A DNA stretch of 61,911 bases from contig CAZUFU010000001.1 of assembly GCA_964619875.1 (NCBI GenBank), positions 1 to 61,911 of the forward strand, in the 5' to 3' direction. Shown one piece after another: positions 25,302-33,785 of the stretch. Position 1 is the first letter of the stretch. The number at the start of each line of letters is the position of its first letter. The stretch is from an uncultured Oscillospiraceae bacterium (GTDB lineage: Bacteria > Bacillota > Clostridia > Peptostreptococcales > Anaerovoracaceae). The position numbers and the translations under genes are program-made. The notes beneath the pieces are model-generated. The model was not told the DNA's origin. It did not search any database and saw only the letters and a list, made by a program, of their open reading frames with translations.

Positions 25302-26780
25302 ATGGGTAGAAAGATTCCTATGTGGCAATGCCTCTTGGTAATGGTAGTGCTGGTTGCACTTATCTTCTGGGGCGTTATGGTCGACACAGATGCAGGGGAA
25401 GCTCACGTTTCCCTTATCTTCGCCGGAGCATTCGCAGCTGTGATTGCAATGCTCAACGGATGGAAATGGTCCTACATGGAACAGGGTATCCTGGCTGCTA
25501 TCAACAGGACCATGCAGGCTATACTCATCCTGGCAGTTGTAGGTCTGATGCTTGGTTCCTGGATGGCAGGCGGCGTTGTACCTTCAATGATGTACTATGG
25601 TATCAAGGTTATCGCTCCAAGCGTATTCCTGTTTACCGCTTGTCTGCTTTGCTCCATCGTATCATTAGCTACAGGTTCATCATGGTCAACAGCAGGTTCC
25701 ATGGGTGTTGCACTTATCGGTGTAGGTACAGCTCTCGGCTTCCCTACATATATGACTGCCGGTGCTGTAGTATCCGGTGCATATTTCGGAGATAAGATGT
25801 CACCGCTTTCCGATACTACCAACCTGGCTCCTGCAGTAGCAGGTTCAACTCTGTTTGACCACATCAAGCACATGATATGGACAACAGGTCCGTCACTGGT
25901 TATCGCATTGATTGCCTATCTGGTTATAGGTTTTACCAACCACAGCAACGGCGCAGCAGACTTATCAACAATCGATGAAATCCTGGGATTCATCACAGTC
26001 AATTATCAGGTAAGTATTCTCTGCCTGATTGCACCTGTATTCGTAATTGTGGCAGTAGCTCTCAAGCTGCCTGCACTTCCTGCACTGATCGGCGGCGTTG
26101 TTCTCGGACTTCCGTTCTTCCCTATGCAGGGCAATAGTCTGAAATCCGTACCATCCATTTTAAACTACGGCGTTGGCGTAGATATCCCTGAAGATGCAAG
26201 CGATGTTATAGCTGAGCTTGGCTCACTGCTTACATCAGACGGTATGCAGGGTATGATGTGGACAATTTCACTTATCCTCTGCGCAATGGTATTCGGCGGT
26301 ATCGTAGACTGCACAGGAATCATGGGTTCCATCGCAGGTGCGCTCCTCAAGCTTGCAAGAGGCACAAGAGGCGGTCTGGTACTGGTAACAATCCTTTCCT
26401 GCATCATCGTAAATGCACTCTGCTCTGACCAGTACCTTGCAATCATCCTTCCGGGAAGAATGTACAAGGAAGCCTTCGAGGACCTCAGGCTGGCTCCGAA
26501 GAACCTGTCAAGATGTCTGGAAGACTCCGGCACAATCACTTCAAACTTTATCCCTTGGAACACCTGCGGTGCTACTATGAGCAAGTTCCTGCAGTGCCCT
26601 CAGTGGGGTAAGGGAGGATATGCTCCGTATGCAATCCTTAACTGGCTGAATCCGTTAGTATCAATTTTCTACGGCTTCACCGGAATCTCAATGGTTAAGA
26701 TGACTGACGAAGAATATGAAAGAATCTTAGAAGAGAGAGAAGCTGAAAAAGAGGCTGCTTTAAAAGCTATGGAGGCTTAA
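25302..26780 (+). CDS. nhaC: Na+/H+ antiporter, NhaC family
   Basis: Polytopic protein of about 490 aa. The start is set at the ATG after AGGAGG. C-terminal cytoplasmic tail. Confidence 0.85.
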   Translation: MGRKIPMWQCLLVMVVLVALIFWGVMVDTDAGEAHVSLIFAGAFAAVIAMLNGWKWSYMEQGILAAINRTMQAILILAVVGLMLGSWMAGGVVPSMMYYGIKVIAPSVFLFTACLLCSIVSLATGSSWSTAGSMGVALIGVGTALGFPTYMTAGAVVSGAYFGDKMSPLSDTTNLAPAVAGSTLFDHIKHMIWTTGPSLVIALIAYLVIGFTNHSNGAADLSTIDEILGFITVNYQVSILCLIAPVFVIVAVALKLPALPALIGGVVLGLPFFPMQGNSLKSVPSILNYGVGVDIPEDASDVIAELGSLLTSDGMQGMMWTISLILCAMVFGGIVDCTGIMGSIAGALLKLARGTRGGLVLVTILSCIIVNALCSDQYLAIILPGRMYKEAFEDLRLAPKNLSRCLEDSGTITSNFIPWNTCGATMSKFLQCPQWGKGGYAPYAILNWLNPLVSIFYGFTGISMVKMTDEEYERILEEREAEKEAALKAMEA

Positions 26781-26821
26781 TCAGAAGTTCTCCTTAATAT
26801 ATTATAGCTTAAATAAATAAA

Positions 26822-26865
26822 GACCGGAAAGGCCGGACGTGATGTCCGGCTTTTTCCGGTTTTTG
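26822..26865 (+). terminator. Intrinsic terminator after nhaC
   Basis: Nested stem ACCGGAAAGGCCGGAC...GTCCGGCTTTTTCCGGT followed by TTTT. Confidence 0.85.
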
Positions 26866-27022
26866 GGGTATGACGGTTGTGCCTTTCCTGACTCCGGAGC
26901 ATTTGCTAAGAGAACGCCAAAAATGCATTCTTCTGAATGAAAAATATGGAAAAATTACCGGAATGAAAATATAATATACGTGTAGAAATCCGAAACCTCA
27001 CCGTAAGAGAAGGGAGGTAACA

Positions 27023-28003
27023 ATGGACAAGATAATAGAACTGGGATATATTGTGACCCTTCTGATAAGTGCGGCATCCTTTACGCTGCATGCAGTTATC
27101 AGAGCCAAGAATCTCACTTCCACCAGCAGGGTGCTCAAGTGGAGAAGTACCACAGCATTTCTGCTGCTTGTTCTGATTTACAATGTGTGTGACTTTCTGA
27201 TCATTTATCTGAATGGATATTTGACAGGCGAGGGTATTGCATGGATATACGTAACGGAAAATATGCTGGAGATATGCATCGCCTACGCCATGATATGTAT
27301 GGAAAGGGATTATGCCTGCGCTAAGAATCCCCACTGGCTTGATATCATTTTTGTCGTAGTGGCCATGATAATTATGTATGCTGACAGTATATATACTCTG
27401 GGTCCTCTGTTCAAAAGTGAAAATGTATATGCGTTAACTATGATAACTCTCAATCTGATACCGGTTATTCTTCTTGCAGTATTCGGTCTGAGATTCTGGA
27501 GGCTGGGCAGAGAAGGCAGGAAAGAAGCTGAGCCCCACATAACGGACATCTGTATGATGGTATACAGCCTGGTTTGTGTGGGTCTGTGCGTAGTTTCCAC
27601 GGCAAATATAGTGGATTCACGTACAAGTCATGATTTCATCGGTTATGATAAGGAGATATATGTAGCTTTCTGGCTTGTATTTAACATAGTAAACCTTATT
27701 TTCGTGTGGAATTCCTGTGCTGTAGACAAAAGAAACGATGCCCAGCGTCTTCAGAGCCCTGAGGAAAAGCTGGCTGCCGTCATGGACAGTTACAGCCTCT
27801 CACAGCGTGAAAGGGAAATTGCCGGACTGCTTTATCAGGGAAAAAACAACAAGGAAATCGCTGCGATTCTGTATCTGTCGCCAAACACTATAAAGGTGCA
27901 TGCTTCAAATCTTTACAGAAAGCTGGGAGCTGTAAACAGAGTTCAGGCTGTACAGGTGCTGAGAGGTGAGGCGATATTAAATGACAGAGAATCAGGAGAG
28001 TGA
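27023..28003 (+). CDS. Membrane-embedded (about 7 TM) LuxR-family one-component regulator
   Basis: C-terminal LuxR HTH: LSQREREIAGLLYQGKNNKEIAAILYLSPNTIKVHASNLYRKLG. The first roughly 230 aa are hydrophobic helices. Confidence 0.8.
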   Translation: MDKIIELGYIVTLLISAASFTLHAVIRAKNLTSTSRVLKWRSTTAFLLLVLIYNVCDFLIIYLNGYLTGEGIAWIYVTENMLEICIAYAMICMERDYACAKNPHWLDIIFVVVAMIIMYADSIYTLGPLFKSENVYALTMITLNLIPVILLAVFGLRFWRLGREGRKEAEPHITDICMMVYSLVCVGLCVVSTANIVDSRTSHDFIGYDKEIYVAFWLVFNIVNLIFVWNSCAVDKRNDAQRLQSPEEKLAAVMDSYSLSQREREIAGLLYQGKNNKEIAAILYLSPNTIKVHASNLYRKLGAVNRVQAVQVLRGEAILNDRESGE

Positions 28004-28033
28004 CCTTTTTGGAAACTGATGATATGTATGGTT

Positions 28034-29329
28034 TTACTCTTTTTTCGGGTTTTCATCGTTATCAGCTTCCTCTTCGGCATAGCCTCTTACATAGGCCCCT
28101 ATATCGTTGTCAAGGACGGCCGCAAATCCTATGGAGCTGCTGCCGTATTTTTTTCGCACTTCGTCCATAGTCCGTTCTATCTGCTCGCTTTTCTGTCTGT
28201 CGTCGCTGCTGACACCGAAAAGGCTCAGCTGTTCATCGAAAATTTCATCAGTAAGATTGATACCTGTAATGGTCAGCATTCTGATGGGACTTCCGTTTTT
28301 CCATGATGAATGAATTATGTCCAGGGCGTTCTTTGCAAGCTCTCCGGCCAGATTGGTGGGGCTGAAGAGTTGCTTCTGCCTGGAAATCACCTTAAAATAA
28401 GGGTCTTTAATATCTACTTTTACGCCGCAGGCTTTCATGCCGTATCTTCGCAGTCTGCCGGCTACGGTGTCAGAAAGAGATGTCACCGCTGTGATTATAT
28501 CGTCTTCAGTTATCAGGTCGCGGGTAAAGGTGACTCCGTTTCCCACGGATTTTATTTTTTCAGATTCATCAGCGCGGGCTACAGGACTGCTGTCCAGACC
28601 GTTGGTATATTCCCACAGCTGCCTGCCCTGTTTGCCCAGCATGCTTTCCAGGATATCAGGATTCGTAAGGGCAATATCACCTATAGTCCTGATTCCTGCT
28701 GCTGTCAGCTTCTGTGCGGTAGCCTTGCCCACAAAAAACATATCCTTTGCGGGGAGAGGCCAGAGTATTTCTTTATAGTTTTCACGGGTAATGAGAGTAG
28801 TGGCATCGGGTTTCTTATATTCCGAACCCATCTTTGCAAAAATCTTGTTGAATGAGACCCCTGCCGAAAGGGTAAGTCCGAGTTCTTTTTTAACAGTTTC
28901 TCTTATTGTATCCGCGATTTCCCTGCCGCTGCCGAAAAGACTCCGGCTGGACGTAACATCCAGCCATGATTCATCTATGCTGAAAGGTTCCACCATATCG
29001 GTAAAGCGCTGGTATATTTCGTTTATAAGTCTTGAGTAATGCTTGTACTTACTCATGTGAGGAGGCACGAACTGCAGATCAGGACATTTTTTCAATGCCT
29101 GCCAGACTGTTTCTGCCGTAACTACACCAGCTTTTTTTGCCAGTTCGTTTTTGGCCAGTATAATGCCGTGACGTTTGTCGGGACTGCCGCAGACTGCCAT
29201 TGGCCTGTCTCTGAGCTCAGGATGGGAAAGAAGTTCCACAGATGCGAAGAAACCGTTCATGTCACAGTGCAGTATTACTCTGTCTTTCTGCTGGTTCGGC
29301 TGTGCCTGAACCCGTTTATTCTCATTCAT
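28034..29329 (-). CDS. dinB: DNA polymerase IV (Y-family)
   Basis: ILHCDMNGFFASVE and SIDESWLD motifs. 431 aa. Confidence 0.95.
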   Translation of the reverse strand: MNENKRVQAQPNQQKDRVILHCDMNGFFASVELLSHPELRDRPMAVCGSPDKRHGIILAKNELAKKAGVVTAETVWQALKKCPDLQFVPPHMSKYKHYSRLINEIYQRFTDMVEPFSIDESWLDVTSSRSLFGSGREIADTIRETVKKELGLTLSAGVSFNKIFAKMGSEYKKPDATTLITRENYKEILWPLPAKDMFFVGKATAQKLTAAGIRTIGDIALTNPDILESMLGKQGRQLWEYTNGLDSSPVARADESEKIKSVGNGVTFTRDLITEDDIITAVTSLSDTVAGRLRRYGMKACGVKVDIKDPYFKVISRQKQLFSPTNLAGELAKNALDIIHSSWKNGSPIRMLTITGINLTDEIFDEQLSLFGVSSDDRQKSEQIERTMDEVRKKYGSSSIGFAAVLDNDIGAYVRGYAEEEADNDENPKKE

Positions 29330-29388
29330 GGCCTACTTAATCCTCCTTTGCTGTCTGCACTACAATTCTTTAGTACTAGTATACCAGA

Positions 29389-29402
29389 AGAACTGATGTT
29401 TG
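29389..29402. promoter_or_regulatory. Candidate LexA (Cheo) box upstream of dinB
   Basis: AGAACTGATGTTTG compared with the Firmicute consensus CGAACNNNNGTTCG. It lies 60-73 nt upstream of the dinB start. Confidence 0.35.
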
Positions 29403-29527
29403 TCCATATAACATGAACGGCCAGTGATGAAATCGCAGTATGTTCTGATGCATCATTGTTCTTTTAATGTTTACTAAAGGCGGATATATTGAAAAAAAAA
29501 TTAGAATCTGATAATATAAAAACCGGT

Positions 29528-31033
29528 ATGAAGTGTAGTGAATACCACAAAATTGAACATCAGGATATATCAAAAGGAGAATTGGAATTGGAATTAAAGC
29601 TTTTTGACAACAAAGTTCAGGAAACCAAATACAAGGTGCTGAGAGAGGTGGCCTATCAGACATGGAAGGGAAACGATGCATTTGCGGAATTTAACGAAAT
29701 CGCCAGCGAGGTTATTCCCAAAGATGAGCCGCCGCAGACCTGCTGCATATATAAAGACAGGGCTGTAGTAGCCGAGAGAATCAGACTGGCCCTGGGAGGA
29801 AGCCGCAATAACAAAAACATAGTTCAGGTGATCAAGATTGCCTGCGACGAATGCCCGGAGGCGGGGTACGTGGTGACGGACCTTTGCAGAGGCTGCCTGG
29901 CCCACAGCTGCAAACAGGCATGCAAGCGCGGCGCCATAACCACAGACGAGCACCAGCATGCAACCATAGACAAGAGCAAATGCGTGGAATGCGGCAAATG
30001 TGCCAAGGAATGCCCTTACGGTGCCATACATAATTTCCAGAGACCCTGTGAGAGATCCTGCAAGGTGGGAGCTATTTCCATGGGGCCGGGAGGAGAGGCA
30101 ACTATCGACGAGGAAAAGTGCATTTCCTGCGGAGCCTGTGTATATCAGTGCCCATTCGGAGCGACAGTAGATGTGTCCAGCATCGTAAGCATAATCAAAG
30201 AAATCAAGAAAGCAGAGGACAACTGTGAAAAGGGCAAGATGATAGCCATCGTGGCACCGTCCATCGCCAGCCAGTTCCTTTACGCATCCCTGGGCCAGGT
30301 GATAACAGGCATTAAAAAGCTGGGTTTTGACGAGGTTCTGGAGGTTGCAGTAGGCGCGGAAATGGTAGCATACAAAGAAGGCCTGGAGCTGAAGGAAAAA
30401 GGTTTTCTCACATCATCATGCTGCCCGGCTTTCGTAAAATACATCGAAACCAGGCACCCTAAAATGGCGGAACATATTTCCCACAACCTTTCCCCTATGG
30501 CGGAACTGGCAAAGCACGTCAAGCAGAAGAAACCGGACTCCGTAATCGTTTTTATCGGTCCGTGCATAGCTAAAAAGGCAGAAGTAAGAAAAGAAACAGT
30601 AAGCCCATATGTGGACTACGTCATGACCTTCGAGGAACTGCAGGCCCTTTTTGACAGCCGGGATATTCTGCTGAAAGAGCAGGAACTGACCGAGTGGAAC
30701 CAGGCATCGTATTACGGCAGAATGTTTGCACGTACAGGAGGACTGGCGGCGGCAGTTGAGCAGACTCTCAAGGAACTTGAAATTGAAGATTTTGAGTATA
30801 AACCGGTGGTATGCCAGGGAATCGACCAGTGCAAGACGGCACTGCTTAAAGCCACGAAAGGCGTGCTGGACGGCAACTTTATAGAGGGTATGGCCTGCAT
30901 AGGCGGCTGCGTAGGGGGCAGTGGCAATCCGGCAAGACATGAGGAAGCTCCGAGAGAGATGAGGGAGCACATAGAGGATGCTGAAAACACATCTATTATG
31001 GAAAACGTAAGGAAAGCTATCAACATTTACTAA
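29528..31033 (+). CDS. [FeFe] hydrogenase, group B-like (ferredoxin-type clusters plus H-cluster domain)
   Basis: H-cluster motifs TSSCCPAFV, GPCIAKKAE and EGMACIGGCVGG. Two CxxCxxCxxxCP motifs. The start is uncertain: ATG 29528, or TTG 29588 after AAAGGAG. Confidence 0.8.
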   Translation: MKCSEYHKIEHQDISKGELELELKLFDNKVQETKYKVLREVAYQTWKGNDAFAEFNEIASEVIPKDEPPQTCCIYKDRAVVAERIRLALGGSRNNKNIVQVIKIACDECPEAGYVVTDLCRGCLAHSCKQACKRGAITTDEHQHATIDKSKCVECGKCAKECPYGAIHNFQRPCERSCKVGAISMGPGGEATIDEEKCISCGACVYQCPFGATVDVSSIVSIIKEIKKAEDNCEKGKMIAIVAPSIASQFLYASLGQVITGIKKLGFDEVLEVAVGAEMVAYKEGLELKEKGFLTSSCCPAFVKYIETRHPKMAEHISHNLSPMAELAKHVKQKKPDSVIVFIGPCIAKKAEVRKETVSPYVDYVMTFEELQALFDSRDILLKEQELTEWNQASYYGRMFARTGGLAAAVEQTLKELEIEDFEYKPVVCQGIDQCKTALLKATKGVLDGNFIEGMACIGGCVGGSGNPARHEEAPREMREHIEDAENTSIMENVRKAINIY

Positions 31034-31059
31034 CTTTACCAATAATCGAGAGGGGGCGC

Positions 31060-32047
31060 ATGAGCGTGCGCAATATTGTTTTTCTCGGGCTCATAAGTTT
31101 TTTTATGGATGTAAGCTCCGAGATGGTGTATCCTATAATTCCTTTATATCTGACGGCGGCTTTTGGGGCCACTCCTGCCCTGGTGGGAGTAATTGAGGGC
31201 ATCGCAGAAAGCACAGCCAGCCTGTTGAAAGTTTTCAGCGGATATATAACGGATAAATACAAAAAGAAAAAGCCTATAGCTTTCGCCGGCTATGCTACAG
31301 GATTTCTTTACAAGCTGGCACTGCTGTTTGCAGGAAGCTGGGCGGGCATACTGACGGCCCGTGTCATAGACCGCCTCGGAAAAGGCATACGTACAGCTCC
31401 ACGTGACGTCATGGTCAGCGAAAGTGCTGAGGGCGACACCATGGGCAAAGCCTTCGGTGTACATAAGGCTCTGGACAGGCTTCTCGTCACTGGACGGCAG
31501 GCTTAAGCTGTACCTGCTGATCGTTTTCCTGTTTACACTGGGAAATTCATCGAATACATTCCTGCTGCTCCGTGCCAAAAGCGCCGGATTCGACGACACC
31601 AACGTTATACTGCTTTACTTTCTGTACAATCTTACAGCGTCAGTGCTGGCGGTGCCTTTTGGAAAACTGTCGGACAAAGTTGGCAGAAAGAGTGTGCTGA
31701 CCTGCGGATATCTGCTTTTCAGTGCAGTTTATACAGGTTTTGCTTTTGCATCGTCTGCACCGGCATTCATAGTGATATTTGCTGTTTACGGCGTATTTAC
31801 CGCCATGACTGCAGGGGTTGAACGTGCTCTGATTGCGGAAATCGCTCCTGCCCGGCTTAAAGGAACTATGCTGGGACTTCACTCTACGGTTTCCGGAATA
31901 GCACTGCTTCCGGCCAGCGTCATTTGTGGATTCCTGTGGGATCAATTCGGGACTGCTGTGCCTTTCCTCTTTGGTGCTGCTATGTCCATGTTGGCCGCAT
32001 TGCTGCTGATGGTATTTTTCAGGCAGAATGGGGAAGGGGAGAGTTAG
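31060..32047 (+). pseudogene. MFS transporter disrupted by an internal deletion and frameshift
   Basis: Two overlapping ORFs in different frames (31060-31506 and 31403-32047). Conserved MFS sequence stops at GVHKALD in frame 1 and resumes at GFSSLDGRLKLYLLIVFLFTLGNSS in the +1 frame. About two TM helices appear to be missing. Confidence 0.6.
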
Positions 32048-32106
32048 CCAAATGTTAGCCGAACTAATCTGACTGGCAATAAAAGAACAATTTACACACA
32101 AAACAA

Positions 32107-32148
32107 AAAACCGCTGAAGCCTTGTAAATACAAGATTACAGCGGTTTT
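32107..32148. terminator. Bidirectional intrinsic terminator (MFS on + / tRNA-Pro on -)
   Basis: AAAACCGCTG / CAGCGGTTTT outer stem and CTTGTA/TACAAG inner stem, with T-runs on both strands. Confidence 0.7.
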
Positions 32149-32152
32149 TATC

Positions 32153-32229
32153 TGGTCGGGATGACAGGATTCGAACCTGCGGCCTTTGCGTCCCGAACGC
32201 AACGCTCTACCAAACTGAGCCACATCCCG
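32153..32229 (-). tRNA. tRNA-Pro (anticodon CGG), CCA encoded
   Basis: 77-nt cloverleaf folded by hand. Acceptor stem CGGGATG/CATCCCG, anticodon loop TTCGGGA, T-loop TTCGAAT. Confidence 0.95.
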
Positions 32230-32241
32230 GCGGCATGGAAT

Positions 32242-32270
32242 ATAATAGCACAACCCGGCGGCTTTTTCAA
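32242..32270 (-). promoter_or_regulatory. Candidate promoter of tRNA-Pro
   Basis: On the minus strand: TTGAAA, a 17-nt spacer, then TATTAT, ending about 12 nt before the mature 5' end. Confidence 0.5.
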
Positions 32271-32293
32271 GAGTTAAATTGAAGATTTATCTG

Positions 32294-32511
32294 CCGGTTT
32301 TCCAAAATGGCCAAAATGTTTTCCGAGGGAAAACAATACGACGGTTTTGGAAAACAAAATGGTATGCAGCGACTTTTATAGAAGAAAAAACCATGAATTT
32401 CGGCAGAATCCCTTACCACAATATAGAATACATGTAACAATATGAAAGAAGGTTTTCCAAAAGGCCTGTTTTGTTTCCAAAAAGAAAACAATTAAGCGGT
32501 TTAGGAAAACC
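32294..32511. repeat. Cluster of GGTTTTCC / GGAAAACC motifs, including an 11-bp perfect inverted repeat
   Basis: Motif copies lie near 32296, 32318/32328 (GTTTTCCgagGGAAAAC), 32343, 32451, 32471 and 32501. GAAGGTTTTCC (32449-32459) pairs with GGAAAACCTTC (32501-32511). Confidence 0.6.
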
Positions 32512-32554
32512 TTCATACACCATAATATGGAAAAAGCTATCACAACAGAAAAGT

Positions 32555-33178
32555 CTATCCGAAGTACGGAATCACCATCTGAATAAAGCTCCACAGAAGT
32601 TTAAGTCCGTAGAATATAATTACTATACCGCATACGATATTGATTACACGGAGGGTCTTATCGGTGATTTTAGCGCTGAAAAGAGATATTATTGTTGAAA
32701 TCCCAAGGAACCACAGCACTGAAGCGCTTGCGAAACCGCCAACGAAGAAAAAGTCTGTGCCTTCCGGCAGTGTTGCTTTAAACGCACCAAGCATCATTGA
32801 ACCGTCAATCAGGGCCTGTGGATTAAACCATGTTACTACGCATGCGGTGGTGATTACTTTGGCAATAGGTATATTAACATCTGTACTCGTATCAAGAGTA
32901 TCTTTTGAACGCACCAATCCCTGACCAATCCATATTACTATAACGCTGCCTACCAGCAGAATGGCCATCTCAAGCCATGGCGAAGCGCTCATGACAGCTC
33001 CGATTCCAAAGAAACAGGCCAATCCCAGCGTAACGTCAAAAAAGATAACGATTAAGGCTGTTGCATAGACCCTTTTTCGTGGCTGAGTAAGAGCCGTGTT
33101 TATAACAAAAAGATTCTGAAGCCCGATGGGAGCTACATAAGCCAGACCCATAGTCAGTCCTTGAAGATAAATGTCCAT
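32555..33178 (-). CDS. LysE/ArgO-family basic amino-acid exporter
   Basis: GLAYVAPIGLQNLFVIN N-terminal motif and 6 TM helices. Confidence 0.9.
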   Translation of the reverse strand: MDIYLQGLTMGLAYVAPIGLQNLFVINTALTQPRKRVYATALIVIFFDVTLGLACFFGIGAVMSASPWLEMAILLVGSVIVIWIGQGLVRSKDTLDTSTDVNIPIAKVITTACVVTWFNPQALIDGSMMLGAFKATLPEGTDFFFVGGFASASVLWFLGISTIISLFSAKITDKTLRVINIVCGIVIIFYGLKLLWSFIQMVIPYFG

Positions 33179-33392
33179 AAAATTTTCCCTCCTAAATTAC
33201 GCCTCAATGCGAAAGTTATATGCAAAACAAACTTGCTCTTTTTTTCTTACCTGCTATAATTATAGTATCACTGACAGCAAAGTCAATAACGCAAATTTTT
33301 ATTATCAAGTAATAAAAAACTTACTGCCGGCAAAAATCTTACGGCAAAAAATACTAACCGCTGCCCGGAGCGAAGGGCAGAAAGGAGGCAAC

Positions 33393-33785
33393 ATGATAGA
33401 AACACATTACGACTGTCCATGTCTTGAAAAATGCCCGCTGAATTACACCATGTCAATAATCGGAGGCAAGTGGAAGATGCAGATAATCTGCTCTCTTAAC
33501 AATAAAGGAACCATGAGGTACAATGAGCTGCGGCGAAAACTTGACGGCATCTCAAACACCGTTCTGGCAAACTCGCTTAAAGAACTGGAGGAGGAGGGTC
33601 TGGTGGAACGCAGAGAATATCTGGAAGTCCCTATCAGGGTAGAGTACTCTTCCACGGAAATGTGCGACCGCCTCATGCCCATTCTGGAGCAGCTCAGCGA
33701 TTGGGGCGAAGAGATGATGCAGCGAGAAATGACAAGAGAAACAAGGCAAGGCAAAGAGCAGAAGGAGGAAAGAATATGCGACTGA
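33393..33785 (+). CDS. HxlR-family transcriptional regulator with an N-terminal Cys cluster
   Basis: CPCLEKCPLNYTMSIIGGKWKMQII...RYNELRRKLDGISNTVLANSLKELEEEGLVERREY..PIRVEY. ATG follows AAAGGAGG. Confidence 0.85.
   Translation: MIETHYDCPCLEKCPLNYTMSIIGGKWKMQIICSLNNKGTMRYNELRRKLDGISNTVLANSLKELEEEGLVERREYLEVPIRVEYSSTEMCDRLMPILEQLSDWGEEMMQREMTRETRQGKEQKEERICD

Noticed and set aside
30416-31042. 208-aa minus-strand ORF
   Set aside because: It is antisense to the [FeFe] hydrogenase H-cluster domain, which carries all three signature motifs on the plus strand.
26906-32150. Genomic island integrated at the 3' end of tRNA-Pro (LuxR, dinB, hydrogenase, broken MFS)
   Set aside because: There is no integrase, no duplicated tRNA 3' segment (I looked for a copy of the last roughly 20 nt of the tRNA), no obvious compositional shift, and the genes are ordinary chromosomal functions.
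32311-32382. Possible 23-codon ORF (MAKMFSEGKQYDGFGKQNGMQRLL) in the GTTTTCC motif cluster
   Set aside because: It has no RBS, and the sequence is dictated by the repeated motif. The flanking frames are closed.
33171-33392. N-terminal 74-aa extension of the HxlR ORF. There are similar upstream extensions at 4323, 10753, 13711, 25242, 33662, 35251, 42968, 48516 and 56850.
   Set aside because: The extensions overlap promoters, terminators or the preceding gene and lack RBSs. In each case an internal ATG, TTG or GTG sits 5-10 nt after a GGAGG-like RBS and coincides with the conserved N-terminus of the family.
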